In this document: positions 19,630 through 29,888 of the stretch, piece by piece | How the letters are laid out: each line of letters begins with the position of its first letter | How positions within the stretch are numbered: position 1 is the stretch's first letter | From: an uncultured Veillonellaceae bacterium | GTDB lineage: Bacteria; Bacillota; Negativicutes; JARBTT01 | NCBI GenBank assembly: GCA_963805085.1 | Contig: CAWDTA010000002.1 | Span: 448,001-512,000, forward strand | Direction: 5' to 3' | Length of the DNA stretch: 64,000 nucleotides | Translations under genes and position numbers: made by a program | Notes under the pieces: model-generated | Told to the model about the DNA's origin: nothing | Database searches by the model: none | What the model saw: the letters and a program-made list of their open reading frames with translations, nothing else

Positions 19630-21216
19630 TTATATAGCGTAAAAATTTACTAATTTAGCACCAAATATTCCGTCAATCGCAATGACTTCATTTAAGATAT
19701 TGCTTGGAATATCATTATCTACGGTAAGTACCATAATATTTGTTCCAGATACATCTGTTTTACCAACTTGCATTCCGGAGATGTTGATACCAGCAGCACC
19801 CATTAACGAACCCACTTTACCGATGATACCAGGGCAATTGATATGTGGGCAAATTAAGATTCTTGCATGTGGATCAACGTCTACTCTGTAATCATTGATC
19901 GCTACGATACGAGCATCTTCACCAAATAGTGTACCTTGAATCGTAATCACTTGATCTTTTTTTGCTGTAATGCGAACGGTAAGTAGATTCGCAAAGTTTT
20001 CTGATTCTTTATTTTTTACTTCTTTTACTTTAATACTACGAGATTTTGCAATAGCAGGCGCATTTACATAGTTTACAACGTCTTGCAGAATCGGATTTAA
20101 GATTCCTTTTAATACTGCAGTTGTCACCATTTTTGTGTCTAATTCAGAAATTTCACCGTTGTATGCTACTTCGACTTCACTGATCGCGCCATCTGCTAAA
20201 GAGCGCGCTGTACACCCCATTCGTTCAGCAAGCGTAAAATAAGGTTTGATCATTTTCATCACTTGCGCAGAAACTGGAGCCATATTGACTGCCGTTAAAA
20301 CAGGTTCGCCTTTTAACGCTGCGACAACACCGTGGGCAACATCAACCGCTACACCAACTTGCGCTTCTACTGTCGATGCACCAAGATGAGGCGTTAATAC
20401 GATGTTTTTCACACCAACTAATGGATGATCAAGACCAAGTGGTTCACTCGTAAACACGTCAATTGCAGCGCCGGCTACAACGCCTTCTTTCAACGCTTTA
20501 GCAAGATCTGCTTCATCAATGATTCCACCACGTGCACAGTTAACCAAACGAACACCTTTTTTCATTTTACCCATAACTTCTTTATTGATCATACCCTTGG
20601 TTTGTTGGTTAAGTGGCATATGAACCGTAATAAAGTCTGCTTTTTCATAAATTTCATCTAAAGAAACAACCTCGATACCCATACTTTTTGCTCGTTCTTC
20701 ATTAACATATGGATCATAACCAATAACATTCATATCAAAAGCAATTGCACGTGTCGCAACACCGCTACCAATACGACCTAAACCGATAACGCCAAGTGTT
20801 TTGCCCCGTAATTCTACCCCAACATATTTATTACGGTTCCATTCTCCTTGTTGCATTGTTTCATTGGCAATAGGAATATTTCTCGACATTGCCAGCATCA
20901 TTGCCATGGTGTGCTCCGTTGCCGCAATGGTATTTCCTTCTGGCGCATTGAGCACAATAACTCCCTTATCGGTTGCAGCCTGCACATCAATATTATCTAC
21001 GCCAACACCAGCGCGACCAATTACTTTTAAATTTTTAGCAACTGCTAAAACTTCTTTGGTTACCTTACTGGCACTACGTATAATTAAACCATCAAATTGA
21101 GGGATGATTTCCAACAATTCTTCGGCCGGTAATTTAGGTTTTACAACAACTTCAAACTCCTTACTTAAAATATCAATACCTTTTTGGGATACACCATCAG
21201 CAATTAAAACTTTCAT
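19630..21216 (-). CDS. serA: D-3-phosphoglycerate dehydrogenase (ASB and ACT domains)
   Basis: GRAGVGVDN, GLGRIG and TPHLGAST motifs, C-terminal ACT domain; divergent from serC; Ser T-box upstream. Confidence 0.95.
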   Translation of the reverse strand: MKVLIADGVSQKGIDILSKEFEVVVKPKLPAEELLEIIPQFDGLIIRSASKVTKEVLAVAKNLKVIGRAGVGVDNIDVQAATDKGVIVLNAPEGNTIAATEHTMAMMLAMSRNIPIANETMQQGEWNRNKYVGVELRGKTLGVIGLGRIGSGVATRAIAFDMNVIGYDPYVNEERAKSMGIEVVSLDEIYEKADFITVHMPLNQQTKGMINKEVMGKMKKGVRLVNCARGGIIDEADLAKALKEGVVAGAAIDVFTSEPLGLDHPLVGVKNIVLTPHLGASTVEAQVGVAVDVAHGVVAALKGEPVLTAVNMAPVSAQVMKMIKPYFTLAERMGCTARSLADGAISEVEVAYNGEISELDTKMVTTAVLKGILNPILQDVVNYVNAPAIAKSRSIKVKEVKNKESENFANLLTVRITAKKDQVITIQGTLFGEDARIVAINDYRVDVDPHARILICPHINCPGIIGKVGSLMGAAGINISGMQVGKTDVSGTNIMVLTVDNDIPSNILNEVIAIDGIFGAKLVNFYAI

Positions 21217-21283
21217 CAATCATTCTCTCCTTTTTATTTTAAAATGTTAAATTTTGTGCAAACTATGCATAAACAGACAAAAT

Positions 21284-21505
21284 AAAAAAGTTTCGCCCCA
21301 AAATCAATTGGGGCGAAACTTATAGTTCGCGGTACCACCCAGTTTGAGCGCTTTCGCGCCAACTCTAGTTCGCTGTATCGGGCGATCCCGTCATAATTCA
21401 TCATTAGCCATTCTAGGGTGGAACAAATTATCTTTTCTATCGACTTGCAGCAACCGTCGACTCTCTAAAAGACGAAAATAACTCGATTCCCTATCATCAT
21501 GTTTT
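21284..21505 (-). ncRNA. T-box riboswitch leader (likely Ser, UCC specifier)
   Basis: Minus strand AACTGGGTGGTACCGCG T-box (21328-21344), AGAGA/GCTG stem I motifs, GTTCCACCC specifier region, terminator AGTTTCGCCCCA...TGGGGCGAAACTTTTTT. Confidence 0.9.
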
Positions 21506-21555
21506 TATCAGCCTGTTTACAGGTCAATTTTTAATTTGTCATATTACTCTAGTAA

Positions 21556-21584
21556 ATTATATTTTATCCGTCATCAAACGTCAA
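21556..21584 (-). promoter_or_regulatory. sigmaA promoter for the T-box/serA transcript
   Basis: TTGACG-N17-TATAAT on the minus strand. Confidence 0.75.
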
Positions 21585-21619
21585 GTGTATTTCACAAAAA
21601 AACATTTTTAAAATTTTTC

Positions 21620-21649
21620 TTGACGTTTAGCGAAATTCAGCGTTAGAAT
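21620..21649 (+). promoter_or_regulatory. sigmaA promoter for serC
   Basis: TTGACG-N18-TAGAAT. Confidence 0.55.
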
Positions 21650-21727
21650 ATAACACAATCACCTAATAAATGATCCAGCACCCAAATAGCTGGAAAATAA
21701 TAAAATAAATTTTTGGAGGCTATTATC

Positions 21728-22816
21728 TTGGAAAATCGTATTTTTAACTTCAATGCAGGTCCTGCCGTATTACCACTTGACGTACTAAGAGAAGCACAAG
21801 CTGAATTATTAAACTTCAAAAACAGCGGTATGTCAATTATGGAAATCAGTCATCGTTCCAAGCCTTATGAAGAAGTACACAACAACGCCATCAGAACAGT
21901 AAAAGAACTCATGGGACTTGGCGATGAGTACGAGGTATTATTCATCCAAGGCGGCGGAAGCATGCAATTTGATATGATTCCGATGAATTTCTTAACTGAG
22001 GGCAAAGTTGGCAACTATGTTGTTTCTGGTTCCTTCGCGAAAAAAGCACTAAAAGAAGGTAAATTAATTGGTGCTACCCACGTTGCTGCAACCAGTGAAG
22101 ACGAGAATTTCAATTACATTCCAAAAGCCGAAGATATCAAATTAAGCGAAAATGCCGCTTATCTTCATCTCTGTTACAACAACACTATTTTCGGAACAGA
22201 ATGGAACTACATTCCTGAAACCAACGGTGTGCCTTTAATCGCCGATATGTCTTCTGATATACTTTCCAGACCAATAGATTTCTCTAAATTTGACATGATT
22301 TACGCAGGTGTTCAAAAAAATCTTGGTCCAGCTGGCGTATGCATTGTCGTCATTCGTAAATCTATGCTGGAAAACCTACCAGAAGGTCTACCTACAATGC
22401 TTCGTTATGATACGTACTCCCAAAATAATTCCCTATACAATACCCCACCAGCTTTCAGTATCTATATCGTAGGCAAAGTTGTCAACTGGATCAAAAATAA
22501 CGGCGGTTTAGTTGCCATGGAAAAACGAAATAAAGAAAAAGCAGCCATCGTTTATGATGCAATCGATAGCAGCAACGGCTTCTATCGTGGACATGCTCAA
22601 TTGGGCAGTCGTTCTAACATGAATGTGACTTTCCGTTTACCTAGTGAAGAATTAGAAAAACAATTCATCGCTGAAGCTACCGCTGATGGACTTGGTGGTT
22701 TAAAAGGACATCGCTCAGTAGGCGGACTTCGTGCTTCAATTTATAATGCAATGCCAAAAGAAGGCTGCCAAAAATTAGCGAACTTTATGGCAGAATTTCA
22801 ACGTAAAAACAGCTAA
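21728..22816 (+). CDS. serC: Phosphoserine aminotransferase
   Basis: FNFNAGPA, EISHRS, QKNLGPAG, NTPP and GHRSVGG motifs; TTG start after GGAGG. Confidence 0.95.
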   Translation: MENRIFNFNAGPAVLPLDVLREAQAELLNFKNSGMSIMEISHRSKPYEEVHNNAIRTVKELMGLGDEYEVLFIQGGGSMQFDMIPMNFLTEGKVGNYVVSGSFAKKALKEGKLIGATHVAATSEDENFNYIPKAEDIKLSENAAYLHLCYNNTIFGTEWNYIPETNGVPLIADMSSDILSRPIDFSKFDMIYAGVQKNLGPAGVCIVVIRKSMLENLPEGLPTMLRYDTYSQNNSLYNTPPAFSIYIVGKVVNWIKNNGGLVAMEKRNKEKAAIVYDAIDSSNGFYRGHAQLGSRSNMNVTFRLPSEELEKQFIAEATADGLGGLKGHRSVGGLRASIYNAMPKEGCQKLANFMAEFQRKNS

Positions 22817-22883
22817 ACTAATTAACATTATGTAAAGCAAATAGGATTATGACATTGTAATTTTGTCATAGTCCTATTCGTTT

Positions 22884-23111
22884 TTATCCGTCCCCTTCTT
22901 CGCAAAAATAGTGTGGAATAATATAATAGGGTATCGCGAGTCCTACAAGCATTCCCAGCCAAAAAGAGAATGTACTACCCATGATAAGCACAAATGCTAG
23001 GATAATGACAGCACCCCAAATCGTCCAATTACTCATACATTCATCAATCGTAAAATTTACCACTTCGGCAATTTCAGCGCGATCTAACTCTTGCACTTTT
23101 TTCACCTCCAC
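22884..23111 (-). CDS. Small hypothetical membrane protein
   Basis: 75-aa ORF with two hydrophobic segments. Confidence 0.5.
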   Translation of the reverse strand: MEVKKVQELDRAEIAEVVNFTIDECMSNWTIWGAVIILAFVLIMGSTFSFWLGMLVGLAIPYYIIPHYFCEEGDG

Positions 23112-23237
23112 TATGAATCTATATTACATAATATGTTTGAAATTCCAGCATCGTACCATTCAAAGAATAATACATGCACAGTTTGATAAAATAGAGTATA
23201 ATGACTTTTAAGTTCATCTTAGGAGGTTATCAATTTT

Positions 23238-23741
23238 ATGATTAAAGAAATTACTTACTCTGATTACGCTACAAAAGCAGTTGAAATTTTAAGCAAAGGC
23301 GCATTCTTAAATACAGCAGCGGCTGGCAAAGACAATACCATGACAATTGCTTGGGGTTCTATCGGGTTCATGTGGGGAAAACCAGTACTAACCATCATGG
23401 TGAGAAAATCCCGTCATAGTTTTGAACTACTAGAAAAAAATCCTGAATTCACCGTAAGTATTCCAGTAAACGAGATGAAAGCGGCTCTTGGTATCTGCGG
23501 ATCTAAATCTGGTCGTGATACGGATAAATTCGCTGCCGCTGGGCTCGAAAAATTAGCTGGTCAAAAAGTTTCTACTCCATCAATCAAAGGCGCGGGCTTA
23601 CATTTCGAATGTAAAGTCGTTTACAAACAAGTCATGAGCACTGCTAACCTTGATCAAACGTTTGCCGACAAATGTTATTCCGACAACGATTGGCACACCC
23701 TCTACTACGGCGAAATCGTTTCGGCCTACGTCGAAGAATAA
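23238..23741 (+). CDS. Flavin reductase family (flavoredoxin-like) protein
   Basis: NTMTIAWG, CGSKSGRDTDK and HTLYYGEI motifs; AGGAGG RBS. Confidence 0.85.
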   Translation: MIKEITYSDYATKAVEILSKGAFLNTAAAGKDNTMTIAWGSIGFMWGKPVLTIMVRKSRHSFELLEKNPEFTVSIPVNEMKAALGICGSKSGRDTDKFAAAGLEKLAGQKVSTPSIKGAGLHFECKVVYKQVMSTANLDQTFADKCYSDNDWHTLYYGEIVSAYVEE

Positions 23742-23810
23742 TTTACTAGCAATACAAAAACCACAATACACACGCATATTACTGTGTATTGTGGTTTTTT
23801 CTTTTAGGAA

Positions 23811-24713
23811 CTAAAAAGAGCACACTAATCCATTTTGCAAAAATACTTCGTGATATGCTACGAGATCCTCTTCGTGAAGTTGTTTTAGATTCTTACATTG
23901 ATATTCCTTGCCTAGCAAGGAATATTTTTTTTGGCCAAATTGATGAAATGGCAGTAAATTCACTTTCTTCGCTCCTATTTTTTTCAGTAAATCGCAAAAT
24001 CCTTGCGCATCCTTTAATGCATCGTTAATCCCTGGAATCACCGGGATACGAATCACAATTTCCTTCCCTTTTGCTAAAGCTAATTTTAAATTACGAAGAA
24101 TTGGCTCGTTCGATACTTTCGTTACTGCAACATGCTTTTCATTATCATAATGTTTGAGATCAAAGAGTATTAAATCGATGTGCTCGATCAAGCTAGTGAA
24201 TGTTCCTTCATCGGCATAGCCTGTCGTTTCACACGCTGTATGAATCTGTCTCGCTTGCAGTTCTTTTAATAATGCGATAGCAAACTCGGCTTGGTCTAAT
24301 ACCTCACCACCAGACAACGTAACACCACCACCAGATTCTTCATAGAAATCTATATCTTTCATGATTTCTTCTAAAACTTTTGTTAGGGTCATCAACTCCC
24401 CTTGTACTAAAAGCGCCCCCTGCGGACAAGCTTTTACGCATTGAAAACAGCCCACACAAATTTTTTCATCAAAAATCATTCTATCCTCAAGGTATTTAAC
24501 GGCACTCTGTTTACAAGCGTGTACACAACGCATACAACGGACACACTTTTCCTCTTCCCAAGCCGCTTGCTGCGAAACGCTTTGCGACTCGGGATTGGAG
24601 CACCATAAACAAGCTAAGGGACAGCCTTTAAAAAAGACTACCGTCCGAATTCCCGGCCCATCATTTAAACTAAATTTTTGTATATTGAAAATACACGCCT
24701 GTAAATTTTCCAT
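23811..24713 (-). CDS. ybiY: Glycyl-radical enzyme activase (YbiY/PflE-like)
   Basis: DGPGIRTVVFFKGCPLACLWC, ferredoxin insert, GGVTLSGGE; divergent from deoR-ybiW-fsa. Confidence 0.85.
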   Translation of the reverse strand: MENLQACIFNIQKFSLNDGPGIRTVVFFKGCPLACLWCSNPESQSVSQQAAWEEEKCVRCMRCVHACKQSAVKYLEDRMIFDEKICVGCFQCVKACPQGALLVQGELMTLTKVLEEIMKDIDFYEESGGGVTLSGGEVLDQAEFAIALLKELQARQIHTACETTGYADEGTFTSLIEHIDLILFDLKHYDNEKHVAVTKVSNEPILRNLKLALAKGKEIVIRIPVIPGINDALKDAQGFCDLLKKIGAKKVNLLPFHQFGQKKYSLLGKEYQCKNLKQLHEEDLVAYHEVFLQNGLVCSF

Positions 24714-24821
24714 ACGACACCTCAACTCTTTTTTATTATTTCCATAATATCATGGAACTATATTTTTCAAAACATAATTATTCATTTAAAGCCGAAATGA
24801 GTTTCGAATGAAATTTTTTTA

Positions 24822-24849
24822 TTGACTTTAACCGCGTATATTTTATAAT
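24822..24849 (+). promoter_or_regulatory. sigmaA promoter for deoR-ybiW-fsa with nearby CGAAA-N4-TTTCG palindrome (24793-24806)
   Basis: TTGACT-N16-TATAAT. Confidence 0.55.
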
Positions 24850-24950
24850 ATAACTATAAGTGAAGAGCTTTTATTTTCATTTGAAACTTATTTATTTTGT
24901 TTTAAAATGTCATTATGCTATAATAAAATTAAAATTTAATTGATATAGGA

Positions 24951-25718
24951 ATGATGATAATGCTAAACAGACATGCAAAGATACTTGATCTTGTAAATAC
25001 CAATAAAAAAATTGAAGTTACAAAGCTTGCTGAAGAAATCAAAATATCCCAAGTAACGATTCGTAAAGATTTGGATATGCTCGAAAAAATAGGCTTGTTA
25101 AAGCGTGAGCACGGTTTTGCTGTCATGGTTGCCAGTGACGATATCAATAACCATCTGGCTTTTAATTATAACCTAAAACGTGAAATTGCAACAAAAGCAG
25201 CGCAGCTTGTGAGCAATGGTGAGACGATTATCATTGAATCGGGAGCATCTTGCGCACTATTAGCAGAGGAAATTGCCCTGCATAAACATGATGTTACGAT
25301 CATTACCAATTCCGCTTTTATCGCTTCTTTCATCCGCAAAGCCCCTTTTGTAAAAATCGTATTACTAGGCGGCGATTATCAAAATGAATCTCAGGTCGTT
25401 GTCGGCCCGATGGTGAAAAAATGTATCGAAAATTTCTATGTGGATAAAATGTTTGTCGGCACTGATGGCTTTCATGAAAAAATTGGGTTCACTGGAAACA
25501 ATCATATGCGTGTAGAAACACTAAAGGCTATGGCAGAACAAGCAAATAAAATTATTATCCTTACAGAGTCGTCAAAATTTGTCCAACAAGGCGTTGTGGC
25601 GCAATTTAAGCCCAATGAAGTTAACTATGTCTTTACTGACAGTAATATTCCTGAGGAAACATTAAATTTTCTTCAAGCGCAGCACGTAGACGTGCAAACG
25701 GTAGATGTTGACGCTTAA
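24951..25718 (+). CDS. DeoR/GlpR family transcriptional regulator
   Basis: HTH SQVTIRKDL and sensor-domain ITNS, LLGG and ESSKF motifs. Confidence 0.92.
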   Translation: MMIMLNRHAKILDLVNTNKKIEVTKLAEEIKISQVTIRKDLDMLEKIGLLKREHGFAVMVASDDINNHLAFNYNLKREIATKAAQLVSNGETIIIESGASCALLAEEIALHKHDVTIITNSAFIASFIRKAPFVKIVLLGGDYQNESQVVVGPMVKKCIENFYVDKMFVGTDGFHEKIGFTGNNHMRVETLKAMAEQANKIIILTESSKFVQQGVVAQFKPNEVNYVFTDSNIPEETLNFLQAQHVDVQTVDVDA

Positions 25719-25741
25719 TTCAAAAAGGAGGCGTTTTATCT

Positions 25742-28147
25742 ATGAGCCATTTCGGCGACCTCGCGCCCAGAATGAATAAATTACGTGAACAATTATTAAC
25801 TGCCCATCCCATGGTTTGTGCCGAAAGAGCTCTTCTTACCACCCAAAGTTACCAAGAGCATTTTGCTGAGCCACTCGCACTGCGCCGAGCTTACATGTTA
25901 GAAAATATTCTTAGCAACATGAGCATCTATATTGAACCAGAAACCATGCTAGCAGGTAACCAAGCAAGTTCTAATCGTTCTGCTCCGATCTTTCCTGAAT
26001 ATGCGATGGATTGGGTCATCGATGAATTAGATCAATTCGAGGAACGTGATGGGGACGTATTTTACATCACAGAGAAAACCAAAAAAGAGCTAAAAAGCAT
26101 TGCGCCGTTTTGGAAAAACAATACGCTCAAAGACCGTGGCTTGGCGGCGATGCCAGCCGCTAGTAAGGTGTTTTACGATTTGGGCATCATCAAAGCCGAA
26201 GGCAATATTACCTCCGGCGACGCTCATATCGCAGTTAATTATGAACGCGTACTAAAATATGGTTTAGTCGATGCCAAAGAACGCGCAATGAAAAAATTAA
26301 ACGAATTGGATTTAACCGATTACAAAAACTTAAAAAAATCTTACTTTTATCGCGCGATTGAAATTGTAGTAGATGCAGTTGCCACTTTTGCCAAGCGCTA
26401 TGCTGAACTGGCACGTAAACAAGCGGAAACAGAAACAAATGTCACCCGCAAAGCAGAATTGTTTGAAATGAGTCGCATCTTAAATAAAGTTCCTTATGAA
26501 CCAGCCGAAACCTTTCAAGAAGCTCTACAATCCACTTGGCTTGTGCATCTCGTTCTACAAATAGAATCCAATGGTCATTCACTATCTTACGGACGTGCCG
26601 ACCAATTCTTATATCTCTACTATAAAAACGATTTAGCCACAGGTAAAATTACTGAAGATATCGCTTGCGAACTCTTAACCAATCTTTGGTTGAAAACCTT
26701 CACCATCAATAAAATCCGTAGCTGGTCACACACGAAATTCAGTGCTGGCAGTCCGCTTTATCAAAATGTTACCATCGGCGGTCAAACGACGGATAAAAGA
26801 GATGCTGTAAATCCTTTATCTTATCTCATCCTTCGCTCTGTTGCCCAAACAAAATTACCGCAACCAAACCTAACCGTTCGTTATCATCGCGGCCTAGATG
26901 ATCGCTTTATGCAAGAATGCATTGAAGTTGTCCGCCTCGGCACAGGTATGCCAGCCTTCAACAGCGATGAAATCATCATCCCTTCATTCATCGAAAAAGG
27001 AGTAGCCGAAGAGGATGCTTACAACTATAGCGCTATCGGCTGCGTAGAAGTTGCCGTCCCTGGCAAATGGGGTTACCGCTGCACTGGCATGAGTTTCTTG
27101 AACTTTCCAAAATCGTTAATGATTGCGTTAAATAATGGGACTGATCTTGATTCTGGTACTAAAGTTTGCGAAGGGGTTGGCCACTTTAAAACGATGACTT
27201 CTTTCCAGGACGTTATGGCAGCTTGGGATAAGATTATTCGTGAATTTACTCGTCACAGTGTAATTATTGACACTTGCTGCGATATGGTGCTTGAGCAAGA
27301 TACCACCGATATTCTTTGTTCTGCCCTCACCGATGACTGTATTGAGCGCGGGCTAAACCTAAAAGAAGGTGGTGCTGTCTATGACTTCATCAGCGATTTA
27401 CAAGTAGGAATCGCCAACCTCGGTGACTCGCTAGCTGCGATTAAAAAATGCGTATTTGAAGACAAACGCTTTACTACGACTGAACTTTGGGATGCCTTAG
27501 TGAACGACTTTGCTGGCGAAAACGGCCAACGCATACAAAACGTTCTGCTAAACGAGGTTCCCAAATACGGCAATGATGAAGACTATATTGACCTATTGAT
27601 TAGAGAAGCCTATGACATCTACATTGACGAAATCAGCAAATATCACAACACACGTTATGGGCGTGGCCCGATTGGCGGCACTTATTATGCTGGCACTTCC
27701 TCCATTTCAGCTAATGTGCCCCAAGGGGCTTCCACACCGGCTACTCCAGACGGCAGAAATGCCCATACGCCACTCGCCGAAGGTTGCTCCCCATCACATG
27801 CCATGGATAAAAACGGTCCAACGGCCGTATTTAAATCCGTTGCTAAATTACCAACGGACAAAATCACCGGAGGCGTACTACTCAATCAAAAAATAACACC
27901 ACAAATTCTTGCTAAAGAAGAAAACCGCAAGAAATTAATCATGCTATTGCGAACATTTTTTAACCGTTTAAAGGGCTTCCACGTGCAATACAACGTCGTA
28001 TCTCGAGAAACACTACTAGATGCTCAACTTCATCCAGAAAAGCATCGTGATTTAATCGTCCGCGTCGCTGGTTACAGTGCCTTCTTTAATGTGCTATCGA
28101 AAGAAACGCAAGATGATATCATCGAACGCACTGAACACATTTTATAA
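25742..28147 (+). CDS. ybiW: Glycyl-radical enzyme, YbiW/PflF type (1,5-anhydroglucitol-6-phosphate isomerase-like)
   Basis: KAEGNITSGDAH, ESNGHSLSYGR, AIGCVEVAVPGKWGYRCTG and RVAGYSAFF, as in E. coli YbiW; followed by fsa. Confidence 0.85.
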   Translation: MSHFGDLAPRMNKLREQLLTAHPMVCAERALLTTQSYQEHFAEPLALRRAYMLENILSNMSIYIEPETMLAGNQASSNRSAPIFPEYAMDWVIDELDQFEERDGDVFYITEKTKKELKSIAPFWKNNTLKDRGLAAMPAASKVFYDLGIIKAEGNITSGDAHIAVNYERVLKYGLVDAKERAMKKLNELDLTDYKNLKKSYFYRAIEIVVDAVATFAKRYAELARKQAETETNVTRKAELFEMSRILNKVPYEPAETFQEALQSTWLVHLVLQIESNGHSLSYGRADQFLYLYYKNDLATGKITEDIACELLTNLWLKTFTINKIRSWSHTKFSAGSPLYQNVTIGGQTTDKRDAVNPLSYLILRSVAQTKLPQPNLTVRYHRGLDDRFMQECIEVVRLGTGMPAFNSDEIIIPSFIEKGVAEEDAYNYSAIGCVEVAVPGKWGYRCTGMSFLNFPKSLMIALNNGTDLDSGTKVCEGVGHFKTMTSFQDVMAAWDKIIREFTRHSVIIDTCCDMVLEQDTTDILCSALTDDCIERGLNLKEGGAVYDFISDLQVGIANLGDSLAAIKKCVFEDKRFTTTELWDALVNDFAGENGQRIQNVLLNEVPKYGNDEDYIDLLIREAYDIYIDEISKYHNTRYGRGPIGGTYYAGTSSISANVPQGASTPATPDGRNAHTPLAEGCSPSHAMDKNGPTAVFKSVAKLPTDKITGGVLLNQKITPQILAKEENRKKLIMLLRTFFNRLKGFHVQYNVVSRETLLDAQLHPEKHRDLIVRVAGYSAFFNVLSKETQDDIIERTEHIL

Positions 28148-28177
28148 AAAATTTAAACTTGATTGGAGATTATGAAC

Positions 28178-28858
28178 ATGGAATATTTATTTGACACTGC
28201 CAATATTGAATCAATAAAAAAATATAGTGAACTTTTCCCGATTACTGGCGTTACAAGCAACCCAAGTATTATCAAACTCGAAGGTAACATCAACTTCTTT
28301 CAACATTTCAGAGAAATTCGTCAAATAATCGGCATGGATAAAACACTCCATATCCAAGTATTAGCCGAAGATGCCGAGGGCATGATTGCCGAAGCAAACG
28401 CAATCCTTGCGAATGTTGACGATAAAGTATTTATCAAAATTCCTACCACACCACAGGGTTTAAAAGCAATGCGACTGCTAAAAGCCAAAGGCGTTGGCAT
28501 CACGGCAACTGCAATCTATACAAAAATGCAAGGACTCCTCGCAATGGAAGCTGGTGCCGATTTTATCGCCCCATATTTTAACCGCATGCAAAACCTAGAT
28601 ATCAATCCTTGCGAGGTAATCACTACATTCGCCCAAATGATTGCAGAGTATCACTATTCCACCAAAATCTTAGCAGCCAGCTTTAAAAACATTGGGCAAG
28701 TAAATACAGCCTTTGAATGCGGCGCCCAAACAGTAACACTTTCCCCAGCTTTACTCGTTGATGCTTTCAAAATGCCATCCATCCAAAAAGCCGTCGATGA
28801 CTTTGCTGCCGACTGGGAAAAAATCTTTGGAAAAGTATCAATTGCTGATTTAAAATAA
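28178..28858 (+). CDS. fsaA: Fructose-6-phosphate aldolase (FsaA/transaldolase family)
   Basis: DTAN, GVTSNPSI, IKIP, APYFNR (Tyr of FSA type) and ILAASFKN motifs. Confidence 0.85.
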   Translation: MEYLFDTANIESIKKYSELFPITGVTSNPSIIKLEGNINFFQHFREIRQIIGMDKTLHIQVLAEDAEGMIAEANAILANVDDKVFIKIPTTPQGLKAMRLLKAKGVGITATAIYTKMQGLLAMEAGADFIAPYFNRMQNLDINPCEVITTFAQMIAEYHYSTKILAASFKNIGQVNTAFECGAQTVTLSPALLVDAFKMPSIQKAVDDFAADWEKIFGKVSIADLK

Positions 28859-28888
28859 GGTTAATAAGAAAATAAGTATTTAAATTAT

Positions 28889-28937
28889 AAAAGCAACTAG
28901 GCGTACAGATTTTCTGCTACACTTAGTTGCTTTTTTT
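28889..28937 (+). terminator. Terminator after fsa
   Basis: AAAAGCAACTA...TAGTTGCTTTTTTT. Confidence 0.7.
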
Positions 28938-28983
28938 GGTATACTATAGCTATGAATGATTACAAAATAAAGGGGCGTTTTCT

Positions 28984-29589
28984 ATGTGTAGAAGTAGCTT
29001 AATTCTCTATTTTATACTTAGTACTTTTCTCATTTTTACTACGACTTGTTTTGCTAGCGATAGGGTTCCCAAACGAATTGCAATACTACCAGTTATCAAT
29101 GAAACCGGCAATGCGCAGCCTGAAATCGAACAGTATATCAAAGCTGAGCTGGAAGATAAACTTCATATTCCCTTGAATGGCATACTAAACATCTACGAAT
29201 ACATTCCGAAAACCGATATTTTAAAAGTTCTCCCAGAACTAAATGGGCCCAATAAAGCTAGCAAATTCGATATGAATCGTCTAAAGGTTGCATCCGAAGA
29301 GCTATCGGCCGATTTGATTGTCGGGATTACGATAACGTCCCTCTATGAACATCAGTACCCGCATTGGGAAGAAACCATTTTAGACAGCAATGTAACCCTG
29401 CACCTAATTGGCTATGATAAAACAAAAGATGAATTCATCAACCTAAAATCCCAAGAATCCTACAATGGTGAATACATCCTCTCTGGTACAATTGATACAC
29501 TCTCCCACGAAGCACTAAACAAAGTATTCAACAAAATCGACTTTAAAAAGGATGTTTTTCCAATTATACCAACGGAAAAACTCACATAA
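28984..29589 (+). CDS. Hypothetical exported protein
   Basis: N-terminal signal peptide (TTTCFA-S) followed by RIAILPVINETG. Confidence 0.7.
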   Translation: MCRSSLILYFILSTFLIFTTTCFASDRVPKRIAILPVINETGNAQPEIEQYIKAELEDKLHIPLNGILNIYEYIPKTDILKVLPELNGPNKASKFDMNRLKVASEELSADLIVGITITSLYEHQYPHWEETILDSNVTLHLIGYDKTKDEFINLKSQESYNGEYILSGTIDTLSHEALNKVFNKIDFKKDVFPIIPTEKLT

Positions 29590-29888
29590 AATAGCTACCT
29601 CTTCTTTTCCTATACCCATTTTTATCTGTTTATATCTTTTGCACTGGATATTGCTAGCAACAATGATTTCGTTGCTGTCTTTTTGCCGGTTGCAGTAGTG
29701 ACCGCCTCAATTTCCTACAGAGGCGTCTGTTTCAGCGTTATCTTTATCAGCGGTAATGTTAACGTTTTTTACTCTTTAATTATAGTTTAATCAAGACAAA
29801 AAAACCATAACCTCGTCTATTCTATTAATTATCAAAAAAAAACCTTCTAGCGAAATCGCTAGAAAGCTAAAAATACTCCATTTATAAA

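Noticed and set aside
29620-29770. Coding-looking fragment on the minus strand (EIEAVTTATGKKTATKSLL...)
   Set aside because: No start or RBS, interrupted frames and no recognisable family; probably gene debris
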